From Dipteris shenzhenensis (lineage: Eukaryota): a stretch of 64,000 nt of DNA. Each line of letters begins with the position of its first letter. Position 1 is the stretch's first letter. Made by a program: the position numbers and the translations under genes. This document shows, in pieces, positions 1-12,100 of the stretch. Location of the stretch: assembly GCA_047967505.1 (NCBI GenBank), contig CM106538.1; one strand, written 5' to 3'. A model generated the notes under the pieces. It saw only the letters and a program-made list of their open reading frames with translations. It searched no databases and was not told the origin of the DNA.

Positions 1-3000
1 TTGTTGAACCACTGGGATAGCATCTTTCTTCAAGTTAATTCTATGTTGGCAAAAAGATGGATGAACTCCTTTCATATCCGTGTAATGCCAAGCAAACTCA
101 TCCTTGAATTCCAATAACAATATATGCAAAGCTTCAGAAAAAGTTGCATCTAACAAAGCAATAACATGTACCAATTTTGGACCTTGTTCTGTTCCAAGGT
201 TCATCTTAGTTAAATCATCCTCCTAGACTCTCGCACACTTCCTTAAGTGATCCTCAAATGCTATTTCGGCTTCAATGATTGGTTTGGTTTTAACATAAAC
301 TTCTTCCTTCTCCTCATCAACGTCACACTTGTCTGCATAAACTCCATCTGACTTCTTTTCTTTGCCCTCTTCTTGGGCTTCCTTCGAACTGAGACTGTCT
401 GAGATCGAAACTGCGGACATCTCCATTGCTCGAAAACTGCACCTTGAAAGACTCTTGTACTGATCAAGAATACTCAGCACATCCACTTTAAAAATTGGCA
501 CAAGAGATGGATTTCTTTTTAGAAACCATTCCTCCTCATCATCCTCCACCACCATATTAGCCTTCAGCTGCCAAGGGTTGAACCCTTTTCGGTACATTTC
601 TTGTTGGAACCATTGCCATCTTGAATTTCTTCTTTCCTTTTCTGATAGTCACCCTATCATCCCCCCAATCCTGCTTGATCTTGGCTACCCAAAACCATGG
701 CCTGCCAAGCAGCATCGAATAAGATTGCTCATCTCCCTCCAATCTTAGGACCACAAAACTGACCATAAATGTCAATCCACAAACTCCAATCTGCTGATTC
801 TACAGAATTTTTAGAGGTTGGACCCTTCTTTGGTCCGCCATCTTCACCTGAAAAGGGGCTGGTTCTAATTCATTGAGGTAGAATTTCCTATAAAGGTCTT
901 CAGACAAGATGTTTACCCTCGACCCACCATCTAGCAGGACTTTTGGTATCATCTATGACTTATATTCCACCTGAATAAGTGGGGCAGTATAATCCACTTC
1001 CTCTATCTGTGCTACATTCATAGCTGGGTCAACTTCAAAAGACTCTCCCTCTTCCTTTTTTGCCTTATCCATTAGGCGCCCCATGTCAACTAACAACTTA
1101 GCCAACAACTGCGTTTTGAATTCCGGTACCAGATTAAGAAGCTGATCCAGTGGGATATTAATCTTCACCTTGAGCAGGATGTGAAACAATTCTTCTTGTT
1201 CCCTCGTAACCTCCTTTTCTGATTCCTTAAGCACGCCAATCCTTTGCTAAGCCTCTCTGCAAGCCCCTTTCTTTTTCAGAATGTCTACTTTCTGGATGTC
1301 GTCTGCCCTATCAGATTCCTCAGGTTGTACTATGCTCCTTTTACTGTCTTCCTTTGGTTCCAGCTCAATCACTGCTGGATTTGCACATTGAGGTTGGACC
1401 TTGTTCTCTGGTGGTTGTACTAATACACCCATTTTCCCTTGGGCATGTATAGATTGTGTGGTGTCCATCAATGCCCACTTAACCTTTTTCTCTGCATTCA
1501 CCTTATCCAAGGCCTTAAGAACCTCATGTCAAACTTTCTTTTGCTCATCCCAATCAATTGGGTGCTTACATTTATTTGCCATTGGTATTTTTTCCTCCTT
1601 TGGGATTGGTCCTTTAGACCTTCTTACAGCCAGTGCTGCTGGATCATTTTGTCCTTCTGACATGTCACTTCCTGCTAACATCCTGAGCAATCACATAAAA
1701 TAGCCAATAATGGCTCCATACCCTTCTTCTTTTGTGCTTCTGTTTGCTTCAATTTTCTCGGTCCTTCCCCTACCACATTCTGCTCGAGCTGTATTATCAT
1801 AGCATTGACCTAGGCTGGTGGTGGACGAGGTGCATTTTGTGCTTGTGATTGTGTCTAGTATTGAACAATTGGGATGCCCCTCTCATTGCGATGTTTACAC
1901 CAAAGTTCACATCTTGGACCTTGTCTGTGTCCAGCTTTTCCACAATATGTGCAATTCTATGCATCAGCACTTGTATTGGCTTGTCGAGGATTGTTTCCCC
2001 AATTTCGATATGCCGGTCTTCTTATCTGGTTAGCATTCTCATTTACCCCTACTTGATTGGCTACAGGTGGTTGTGCCGCTACTACAGTAGCTTGCATGTG
2101 AGGAGGCAACTGCCCCCTATAATTCGGATTGCACCAGCAATTGGCACTATCATGATTTTGTTTGAGGCAAAACTCACATTGAGCTTTCTCAGATGAACCG
2201 GCTTCTGATAGCCCCATACTCTCCAAATGCTTTTTAATCTTTTTCTCTAGCTTGTCATCCCCTGAGGAAGCTTTTGCCTTTTTCTTTGACTTGGAGCTCC
2301 CCTTGGACTTTCCCTTCTTGGATTCCTTTTTCCTTTTTCTCTTGGACTTCATGTCCTCATCACCTGAAGCATTCGAATCATCTTCCTCGGACTTAGATTC
2401 TGTATCATCATCCTCACTCTAAGTGTCAGATTCTTCATTCGAATCTGAATCCTCTGCCTCCTTCTTTTTCCCCTTCTTTGATTTGCTTTTAGTCATACCA
2501 ATTCTTCGTTCTGCACATGGTGTCACTACGACCATGTTGTCGAAGTCGTTGGATCCTGCCAATGTTCCTCAGTTGGTCTCTGCACACCGATGGCTAGCCT
2601 CTGGTTCAGATTTTGGAACTTTTGGGCGTAGTTTTCTACCAACAGATCCTTCTGTTTCAATTGTCGAAGTTTCTTGAGGATTGCTTCTGGTGTTTTCTCT
2701 TGTCAAAATCTTGACAAAAAAGCTTGTTTTAGAGCATCATAGTCTGGAAAGTGATTCCTACCATATTAAATAAACCAACTCATGGCCTTGCCTACCAAAG
2801 TTACTGCCAATTGTTCCTTCTTAACCGCATCGCCAAGCTGACCTTCGAAACCACTTGCTACCCCCATCGAGTCTCAGATTGCCCAATGTGACTATCAGGG
2901 TCTTCTTTTGTCTTGCCACTGAATTTAGCATAGTGGACTCTGGGGTTCTGCATATTGACTACTGGAATAATGGAACTACTGGTTTTGCTCTCCTTGGGTG

Positions 3001-3392
3001 GGGTTAGGATCAAACAATTGCCTTTGTGCTCCTACATACAACCCAACTACTACATGGTATCCAAGAGTTGCTCGAATGAAGGTTTCTGATGGAGACCATG
3101 TGAGATTTTCTGCATTAACTGCATCTTGGTATTCTGAACTTCCTCCCAAACTCATGGAGCGATCCTCATCGGACCTTGTGTTCCCAGGAACCTAGTCTTC
3201 ATCTTTCGAAATCAGAACGGTTTCCTCCAATTCTGGCTAGATTACGGATGGTTCTCTTGCCTCTCCCTACATTCCAACTGTCTTGCCAGATCCTTCCTCA
3301 TTTGCATCAAGACGACCCCTTGCTCAGGCCCTTGTAAAGTAGAGACGACTGATACGCTGAGGAGATGACTCCATTTCCTCTGTGTTTGACAT
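1..3392 (-). pseudogene. Decayed Gypsy gag-protease-RT N-terminus
   Basis: gag-like motif PYAKFSGKTKEDPDSHIGQ (~2880-2940). CCHC knuckles CEFCLKQNHDSANC (ORF 1957-2352) and CTYCGKAGH (~1930-1955). Protease VLLDGGSRVNILSE (~900-945) and LLGRPW (ORF 557-775). RT N-terminus EFAWHYTDMKGVHPSFCQHRINL (1-110). Many stops and frameshifts. Confidence 0.85.
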
Positions 3393-3677
3393 CCGCTACC
3401 ACTCTCTCCATGAACATTTTGTAAGATTGCTCGACTCTTTCTCCCTTCGGTCTTCAGGTTAAATTATCTATGCCCGCCTCAATACTCCCTGATTCCCCGG
3501 CCAGAATTCTTGCCTCTTTTGCTGCAAATCATGGATTAATTCCTGCACATTGTTGATAATCTCTTGAATTGCTTCACAATGCCCACCTACGGCTTCGACA
3601 TGTTGCCTATCTACTTTGTCTTTCAACTCCTTTGCCGCATTCGATCAAAATGCCCAATTTATTTGCAAGATCACCAA

Positions 3678-4062
3678 TGTAACAGAGGTAGAGATTAGAT
3701 CCCAAAATCTACCTCTATTAGTAAACATACGGTATCTTCATGAATACATTTAGAGCTTTCGAAAGAGAATACACCAACTCAAGATTGAGTGCCATAGAGA
3801 TGATCAATTGCAGTTAACAACTACATATTTCTTATATTGCAAATGCTTCTGTAACAACAGCATATAAAGTAAGCATAGAACTAGGCAAAATAGACCATAT
3901 CTGCATTCGGAATACTGTGTGATAGATCCATGAGTTAGACAACTAACTAACTACATATGGTAGTTGCTTGCTAACTTGCAGACGTGCCTCATCAGCAATT
4001 GCACAACTAACTCCCATTAAGGTAAATATTTCTTAAATATGTTTAGGCTACACTCGCCCACA
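3678..4062 (-). repeat. Putative 5' LTR of the left-edge Gypsy
   Basis: TG at 3678 lies next to the PBS-like site. CA at 4061-4062 marks where Copia coding sequence begins. The partner LTR is outside the window, so the right boundary is approximate. Confidence 0.5.
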
Positions 4063-4371
4063 ACTATTGTTAAAAACAGATTACTTTGATAAATCAAAGC
4101 CAGAATCAAAGCCAACAACAATATACGGTGATAATCAGTTGGCTCAAGCATTGGACAAAAATGTAGTATATCACTCCAGGACCAAGCACATTGATGTTAG
4201 AGAGCACTTCATTAGAGAAAGAGTGTCACTTGGTGACATTACAATGTAGCATTGTGATAGCAAAGAGAATGTTGCAGACATCTTTACCAAACCACTCGGT
4301 AAAGAGCTTTCAAGAAACACCGACAAGATCTTGGTTTGACGTAGAGGAGGGACATTCCCATTAAAGGGGGG
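4063..4371 (+). pseudogene. Ty1/Copia RNase H remnant with polypurine tract
   Basis: PTTIYGDNQ...YHSRTKHIDVREHFIRE...ENVADIFTKPL, followed by PPT AAAGGGGGG and TG at 4372. Confidence 0.85.
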
Positions 4372-4735
4372 TGATGGAATGTAATGCGCAATCCTTCTTT
4401 GATTCCCTAGAATCATCATCTTGAGGGAAGGCCTACTTCATGATGTTGATCTTGAGGGAAGGTGTTAAGAGACCACACTCAACATCATGTGATTACATGT
4501 GCATAGCACTAGCACATATAGAGTGCTATAAAGGAAAGGGTTAGATGCCCTAACCCTAACCCTAAATGGGTTTGTAGATATTCTACATTTTCAACTAAAT
4601 CTAGTGTATAGTTGCTCTCTAGCTATGCCCTCTCTCCTCCACTCTTCTCCTCTCCCTCTTCATATTTTATCAATATAACCCTCTGAGAAGTAAAGATGCC
4701 TACTATTGCCTTGGTCCAAACTACAAAATTCTAAT
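4372..4735 (+). repeat. LTR-like sequence (Copia)
   Basis: Begins with TG directly after a PPT. A second PPT-like TTGAGGGAAGG followed by TG occurs at 4452-4464. TATA-like TATAAAG and a CT-rich tract are present. End is uncertain and there is no clear PBS. Confidence 0.4.
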
Positions 4736-7140
4736 TGGGCACCAAAAAGAAATTCTACTTTTGTTGATTAAGATCCCTAGAAAGAAATTCTATTTTTGCT
4801 TTTGCGGGCAACTACTTTTAAAGTATTCTTTGAGTTGCAGAAAGCATAGGTCATGTCATTGATGCTGTGTATGCAAAGCTTGCAGCGTTTTTGAGGCATC
4901 TCACGTTTTACTTTTAGTAGTGGTCATTGCCTTGAGGCCATGATTTTGAGCATACCTTATGCAAGTCACTAGGGTTGCAGTTTGAGCCATGTGCGCTCAT
5001 TTGTGGTGTGCATTGGGTTGCAGTGGATGTTTTACAGGCCATTTGGATGCATTGCGATCCTTGTTGGATACGTTGACATGCCTAGATTGCCTTGTGGGAT
5101 GCTTTATTGATGGACGTTTAGCACATAGATGCTATATTTTATGTTGAGGGATAGCTTTGACACATTGTAGTTGATGCAATGACAGTGCTATGCTCTCTTG
5201 AATGAGACATTATTGATGCTTATGTCCATGGATGGTGTTTATGCTTGAGGCATTTGTCTCTTATTGGCATTGATGGTTTGCCATTGTTTTGTCATTGCAG
5301 ATTGGCATTTTCTTTTGGGCTAGATTTGCTCATATGGATGCATAGTATATGCACATGAGTCAGATGCATTTTGATGCTTTGAGCTTTGAGTTTTTGGTCA
5401 TATTACCCTCCATTGTGGCAAACATATGTGGGTGCACCTAATATTTAGTGTGATTCTTTCTTACAGGCACTAGCTTTTGGGATTTTGCTTTATTTGGATC
5501 ATGGCATCCTCTTCCATGTCTGAAAAGGGGTTTTTTAGCATTAAAAAGTTGATGGGATAAACTTTTCTCTATGGAAAGAATAGATAAGCGATGTGCTTCT
5601 TCAAAAGAAGCAGATTAAACCCTTGGAAGAGATTACAGCTAAGCCTACAACTATGTTTGAGGATGATTGGAATGAGTTGGATGCATTAGCAAAGTCTACT
5701 GTTAGACTTCATCTTCCAGAGTCAGTTTATTTCACAGTAGTAAATGAGCAGACTACAGAAGATTTGTGGAAGAAATTATGTGCCACTTATGACAAGGAAA
5801 GTGCCTGTTGGACAAGGAGATTAGATGGAAGTATATCGATGGCAACAAGCAAAATGCAGCCTTAAATGTGCAAAGGGGCAGATCAGAGTTTAGGGGAAGT
5901 CCCAAGAAATAGGTATCCATTGTGGCAAGAAGGGCCACATGAAAAAGGATTGCTACAAGCTGGAAAGAGAGAAAAAGGATAAGAAAAAGAATGCAAATTG
6001 GGGTGCAAATAAGAAGTAAGAGAGTCCAAGGGAGGACAAAGGAAAAGTGAAGATTGAGGAGATCAATGTAGTCATAGATGATAGTGACAATGGCATTCTC
6101 TTAATGTCTAGTCTACCTGTAGAGTTGTTTACCACTTCAGATGATGCATATTCCTAGGATTGGATTTTGGATTCTGGTGCTTCATTCCATGTTACTCCCC
6201 ATAGGGAATGGTTCTCCATTTATGATAGTGGAAAGATAGGTTGTGTGCATCTTGGAAATAACTATGCATGTGACATAGTGGGAGTAGGTGACGTAAAGTT
6301 TTCTAAATGGGTTTGCATTTGTTTTGAAAATGTGAGACATGTGCCTAAGCTGACCAAGAGTATCATTTTATTAAGTCAGCTAGATGATGTTGGCTTTTAG
6401 GCCACATTTGGCCTTCAGAGTTGGAAAATTTAGAAGTGCTCTATGGTTTTGGCAAGGGGTGCCAAGTGTGGGACATGTATCACGGGCATCTGATCATGTT
6501 GTTGCAATAACTGAGCATCCAAGTACTTCTCTGTGGCATTGCTAGTTGGGGCACATGAGCCAGAATGGAATAAAACTCTTATGCCATTTGGGTTATGTAC
6601 CATATTAGAGTTTTTTTGACTTTGAATTTTGTGAGCATTGTCTCTATGGGAAGCATACTAAATCATCCCATAAAATAAGGGTAAAGAAAGAGCTTGAAAA
6701 GATTGATTTGGTGCATTCAGACGTATGTGGTCCCATGCATACACCCTCATTAGGTGGGACTGAATACTATGTGACATTTATTGATGATGGAACTAGGAAA
6801 GTGTGGGTTTATGCTATGGCTCAGAAGAGAGATGTGTTCTAGGTATTTCAAAAATGGTTGGCTTTGGTTGAAAATCAGTTAGATAAAACGCTTAAAAGCC
6901 TATGGACTGACAATGGTGGAGAGGATCTCTCTCATGCCTTTCAAAATTTCTTTGATACACATGGGATCAAGAGGGATCTCATGTCCCCTTGTACTCTAGA
7001 GAAAAATTGATTTGCAAAAAATATGAACTGCACCCTTCAGGAAAGGTTGCAATGTATGCTTTTCAATGCAAGTCTTTCTAGTGGTTTTTGGGCTCAGGCA
7101 ATGAAGACTACAGTGCATGTGATCAATATATCACCTAGTA

Positions 7141-7287
7141 TGTGGGAGAGGAGAACACACACAAAGGGATAAGGAGACACCAAAAGTGGTGGAGCAAAAG
7201 CTACTCCAGCTTATTCCTCTATCATATATATATGAGTATACATGGGCACTGTACAAGTGGGTGGGCACACTGCCCTTTACCCCAACA
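7141..7287 (-). repeat. TRIM 3' LTR (147 bp)
   Basis: TG...CA termini; one mismatch against 8413-8553. Confidence 0.9.
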
Positions 7288-8412
7288 ACCTCCCACTTAA
7301 AGGCAGTGTGCCTTTAAGGGAGTATAGTACACATATAATACAATCAGCCATAGGCTGAAAAACAAGATGACCACACCGTCATCCTATGCCCATCGGCACT
7401 TTACAATGTGCAAAGTGCATAGAGGATAAGCTGCTAGCAGACATCAGGTTTGCAGGATAGAAAATGACAAGTTGTAGATGCCTGTCAACCAAGAGCTCAT
7501 GCTAGATCTCACTGGGAGAGTGAACTCTCACCACCACATGCTCCTGTGCTAAGTCCATAGCACCTGAACTACCACTGTGTAAAGAAAATGTCTCTGTACC
7601 ACCTGTGACCATAAGCACATGCCCTACAATAGACTTCTGCTGGTCTACCCAACCTGCATCACCTGCATGCTGCTCCTGGAAGCATAAGGACCTGATGTCC
7701 ACAACCGCTTCCCTACTGCCAAAATCTACCATAATCATGCTACCAACTCCCACTGCAACGGAAGCAAGAACTGGAAGTGTAGCCCCAATGGCAAACATGT
7801 GAGAACCAAGTCTCAACACAGTCATGGATGCATGAAGTACTATGGCTGCCATATCAACCATAACTTGCTGCTCAACTGATCTGTGATTGTCAAACCTACT
7901 GTGTTTCAAGTATGGAGCCAATACAGGCAATGGAGTACTCAGTAACTTAAAGGCAGTGTGCCTTTAAGGGAGTACTCCATTAAGGCTCTGATACCAGTTG
8001 AGGGGGAAGAGGGAGCACTCATGAAGGGATAAGAAGACACCTCTCCAGTCAACGTTCTAACAACAATGCATCGCTCAAAGCTCTAGCCTTAGCAGTAGTA
8101 GCAAGCCTAAATGACGCTCCTACGATCGGATCTCCGAGTCTCCAAACACTTCACAAGCAAGCCCAAGCCTACGGCCGTCAATGATCTCCAGCAAGTATCT
8201 ACGAAGCAATGCCTCCATCAACGAGGCAATGAAGCTCCCAAATGATGTCTTCTCCAACCATTCCTACTCACGGCTCTACAACAGTGTCCTGCAACACACG
8301 CTCATGGGTGCCTCAATAGCCTGGGCTCCCTCGATGGCTCCATTGAACTCTCTCCTTAGGCTCTTCTCCTCGAGCTCCCCGTAGATCGAACACCATGAGC
8401 TTTGATACCAGT

Positions 8413-8553
8413 TGTGGGAGAGGAGAGCACACACAAAGGGATAAGGAGACACCAAAAGTGGTGGAGCAAAAGCTACTCCAGCTTATTCCTCTATCATATA
8501 TATATGAGTATACATGGGCACTGTACAAGTGGGTGGGCACACTGCCCTTTACC
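8413..8553 (-). repeat. TRIM 5' LTR (terminal bases deleted)
   Basis: Matches 7141-7281. It lacks the final CCAACA and part of the expected TAGTA target-site duplication. Confidence 0.88.
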
Positions 8554-8804
8554 TAAGAGTTTGGATGGTGGTATTCCTGAAGAAACATGGAGTGGCAAGA
8601 ATCCCTCTTTCTCTCATTTGGGTATATTTGGATGTGAGGCATATGCACATATGCCAAAAGTGCTTCAAAAGAAGCTAGATCCTAAGTCTAGGAAATGTAT
8701 TTTTTTGGGTTATGGTGAAAGTGGAGAGATGGGCTATCATCTCTGAGATCTAGAAGCAAAAAAGGTCATGCGCAATCATGATGTGGATTTCAATGAGAAG
8801 AAGA

Positions 8805-9161
8805 TGTGAAGAGAGTGGGAGAGAAGTAAGGAGTCTCACTTGCAGCTTTCTCACATACACAATGGGGGAATACACACAAAGGTGGAGGCTGAAAACAAAT
8901 TTCCTCTTCTTAGTTGTGAAAGCCAAAAGAACTCTCTCTTAATACAAAAGGAATAGATGAACCCGATATGTGGGTCTCAAACCAAACTCAGCTAACCTAG
9001 GTGGCATACTAACTGAGCCACTAACTAAAGTACATAAAGATAGCTATCATCCAACTATTATTCATGGGCGGTGTACCAACCGTATCTGCAGCTAACAAGT
9101 CGGTGACATAAATGCACAACGATCACCCTAGCATATCATGAGTGGAGCTCGATATCTCAAA
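8805..9161 (-). repeat. Copia copy 1, 3' LTR
   Basis: ~357 bp direct repeat of 14002-14357, adjacent to the PPT. Confidence 0.95.
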
Positions 9162-9169
9162 CTCCCCCT

Positions 9170-12100
9170 CGAGCTCAATCCCAATTCTTGCACACCAAGT
9201 AGGTCTCTGAACTTGTGTAGCTTCTCTGTGCCCAATGCCTTCGTGAATATGTCAGCTACCTGATCCTCTGTGCTGGCATAAACCAGATCAATAAAACCTA
9301 CTAGAACCTTCTCCCACACATAGTGATAATGCACCTCAATGTGCTTTGTTCTAGCATGATAGACTGGGTTATTTGCCAAGTGAATACTGCTCATGTTGTC
9401 ACAATAAATGACAATTGGCCCATCTGTAGACTGATGCATATCATAAAGCAGCTTATGCAACCAAGCTGCCTCACATGCAGCCATTGCTGCACCCCTGTGC
9501 TCAGCCTCTGTGCTCGACAAGGCAACTGTAGGCTGTTTCTTGCTACTCCAAGTGACTGCAGTACTCCCAAAAGAGAACACATATCCATTGGTAGATCATC
9601 TATCACAAATACTACCATCCCAATCAGCATTAGTGTATCCATGCAATTGTATCTGAACCCCAGTCTCCAGTCTCATAAAATAGTCCATACTGCAATGTGG
9701 ACTTCACATACCTCAGTATGCGTCTAACCGCATCCAAATGCGGTTTCCTTAGAGCCTGCATAAACTAACTTACCAACCCAACAACATAGCTCAAATCTAG
9801 CCTGGTAATAGTCATATAAATCAAACTTTCTACTATGCGTCTGTACATTGTAGGGTCTTCCAGAAGCTCACCTACATCTGCACTCAACTTCACATTCTGC
9901 TCCAAAGGAACTGAAATAGGCTTACAGCCTATCATCCCATATTTGGATAGCATATCCAATCCATACTGCCTCTACAAGAGCCATATCCCACTCGTGGATC
10001 TAATCACCTCAATGCCCAAGAAGTAACATAGCTCTCCCAAATCCTTCATCTCAAACTTTTGCTTCAATAGCATTTTCACATGAAGGATATCTTCATCACT
10101 ATCACATGTGATGATCAAATCATCAACATAAATGACAAGCAGCATAATGCCTTTCTCTGTTTTTCTTACATAAAGTGAGAAATCTACCTTGCAAATCTGA
10201 AAGCCAATAGTGACAAGATACTGTCCTATCTTGTCAGACCATGCTCTAGGTACTTGCTTCAAGCCATACAAGGCTTTCTTCAACCTGCAAACAAACTCAG
10301 GATGAACAGCATGCACATAACCTGGTGACTCCTCCATATAGACCTCTTCTTGCAAGTCACCATGCAGGAAAGCATTCCTTACATCCATCTGATGTAAAGT
10401 CCATCCCTTTGATGCAGCCATAGCAATGACTGCTCTTATGGTTGCCATCGTTGCAATCGGATTGAATGTTTCTTCATAATCAATGCCATATGTCTGTGCA
10501 TACCCCTTGACAACTAATCTTGCCTTGTATCTGTTCACAAAACCATATGCATTGTGCTTCACCTTATAAACCCACTTGCAGCCAATTGCATTCTTGTCTT
10601 TAGGCAAAGGCACCAATTCCCATGTAGCATTTGCTTCCAAGGCATCCAATTCTTCATCCATGGCTTTCTCCCATTTTTCTTTTCCCATGGCTTGCTCAAA
10701 AGAAGTGGGTTTTGGTTCTTATCACTTTGACCATATAGGCATAGTGAATGGCTATAAATCCATCATATTTTAGCCTATCCATAGGATATTTAACTCTGGT
10801 AGACCTGTGCAAAATAGGCTCACTACTAGGTACTCTCAAAACATCCCGTGTCTTCCTTACTCCAGGTGTAACAACAAAAGGAATACCCAACTCATCATCA
10901 AGGCTTTGTTCTGAGCCACTGGATTCACCATCCACATAAGAGTGACCTGCATTCACATCAACCATGGGCTGATCTACTTTCTCTTTTCCTTTTCGTGATA
11001 CTTGCATACCACTATTTGCATTGCTTTGAGGAGATTCTCTTGATCTCAATCTACCTATCCATGGTGAAGTATGTGAACCAGTGCTAGAGGACACTATAGG
11101 TCCACTAATATTTTGTGATTGCTACTGTGAATTCTATGCAGCATCAACATTTTGTGCATCTACATCATCAATCACATTTACTGGTTTATACCAGCTGCTC
11201 ATCTCATAAAAAAAACATCTCTACTCACTGTAAACTTATGAGTAGAAGGGTTATAGCATCTATACCCTTTCTGATGCAGAGAATAACCAATAAAGATGCA
11301 CTTCTCAGCCTTTGGATCCAACTTGGATCTCAACTCATCTGGCACATGAACATAGGCAATGCAACCAAAAACTTTCAAATGAGAAATATCTGGTTTCCTA
11401 TCAGTATACCTCTCCTCTGGTGTCATGCCATGTATTGCTGTAGTGGGAGTCCTGTTCATTATGTAGACTGCTATAGCAACTGCTTCAGCCCAATAATAAT
11501 CTGGCAGGTCTTTTTCATTGAGCATGGCACGAGCTACCTCTCCAATATGCCTGTTTTTCCTTTCTGCAAGTCCATTTTGCTGTGGGATATGACTGCATGA
11601 ATATTGCTGCTTTATGCCATGCTCCTGCAGGAACCTTGCAAACTCATTTGAGAGGTACTCTCCCCCTCCATCTGACCTTAGGCATTTTATTTGCAAGCCT
11701 GTTTCTTTTTCAAGCATAGATTTAAAGGCTTTGAAATGCCCAAACACTTCACTTTTCTTTTTCATAAAATACACCCAAACTTTTCTTCTGTAGTCATCAA
11801 TAAAAGTGATAAAATAATGACAGCCTCCAATAGATGCAGCTTTAGTAGTCCACACATCAGATTGGATTAATTCCAATGGCCTCTTACTCTCTTGAACATG
11901 TCTAGGAAATGGTTTCCTTGCCTGTTTTCCAAATTGACAGGCTTCACATATCTTATGCATTTCTGCAACCTTGAACTTAGGCAATCTTGCAACAATATTT
12001 TGGGCCTGCATTAATTTAAGTTGCTGTACATTAACATGACCAATGCGTTTATGCCAGATATCAATATCTGCAACTACACCGGTCCCATGTGCAACATTGT

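Larger units (their letters stand above)
1..4062 (-). mobile_element. Ty3/Gypsy (Athila-like) LTR retrotransposon, 5' part, degenerate; runs off the left edge of the window
   Basis: Minus-strand order is LTR, PBS-like TGGTGATCTTGC (3665-3676), gag, protease, start of RT. This is the Gypsy domain order. Confidence 0.85.
7141..8553 (-). mobile_element. TRIM-like non-autonomous LTR element (~1.4 kb)
   Basis: Direct repeats at 7141-7287 and 8413-8553. Met-type PBS (GAGCTTTGATACCA on +, 8397-8410). PPT (ACCTCCC on +, 7288-7294). It interrupts the host integrase and has no intact gag or pol. Confidence 0.85.

Noticed and set aside
4548-4566. Telomere-like CCCTAA repeats
   Set aside because: Only three units inside an LTR-like block; too short to call an interstitial telomere.
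7141-7287. Cassandra-type TRIM with 5S rRNA in the LTR
   Set aside because: No recognisable 5S A/C-box sequence in the 147 bp LTR.
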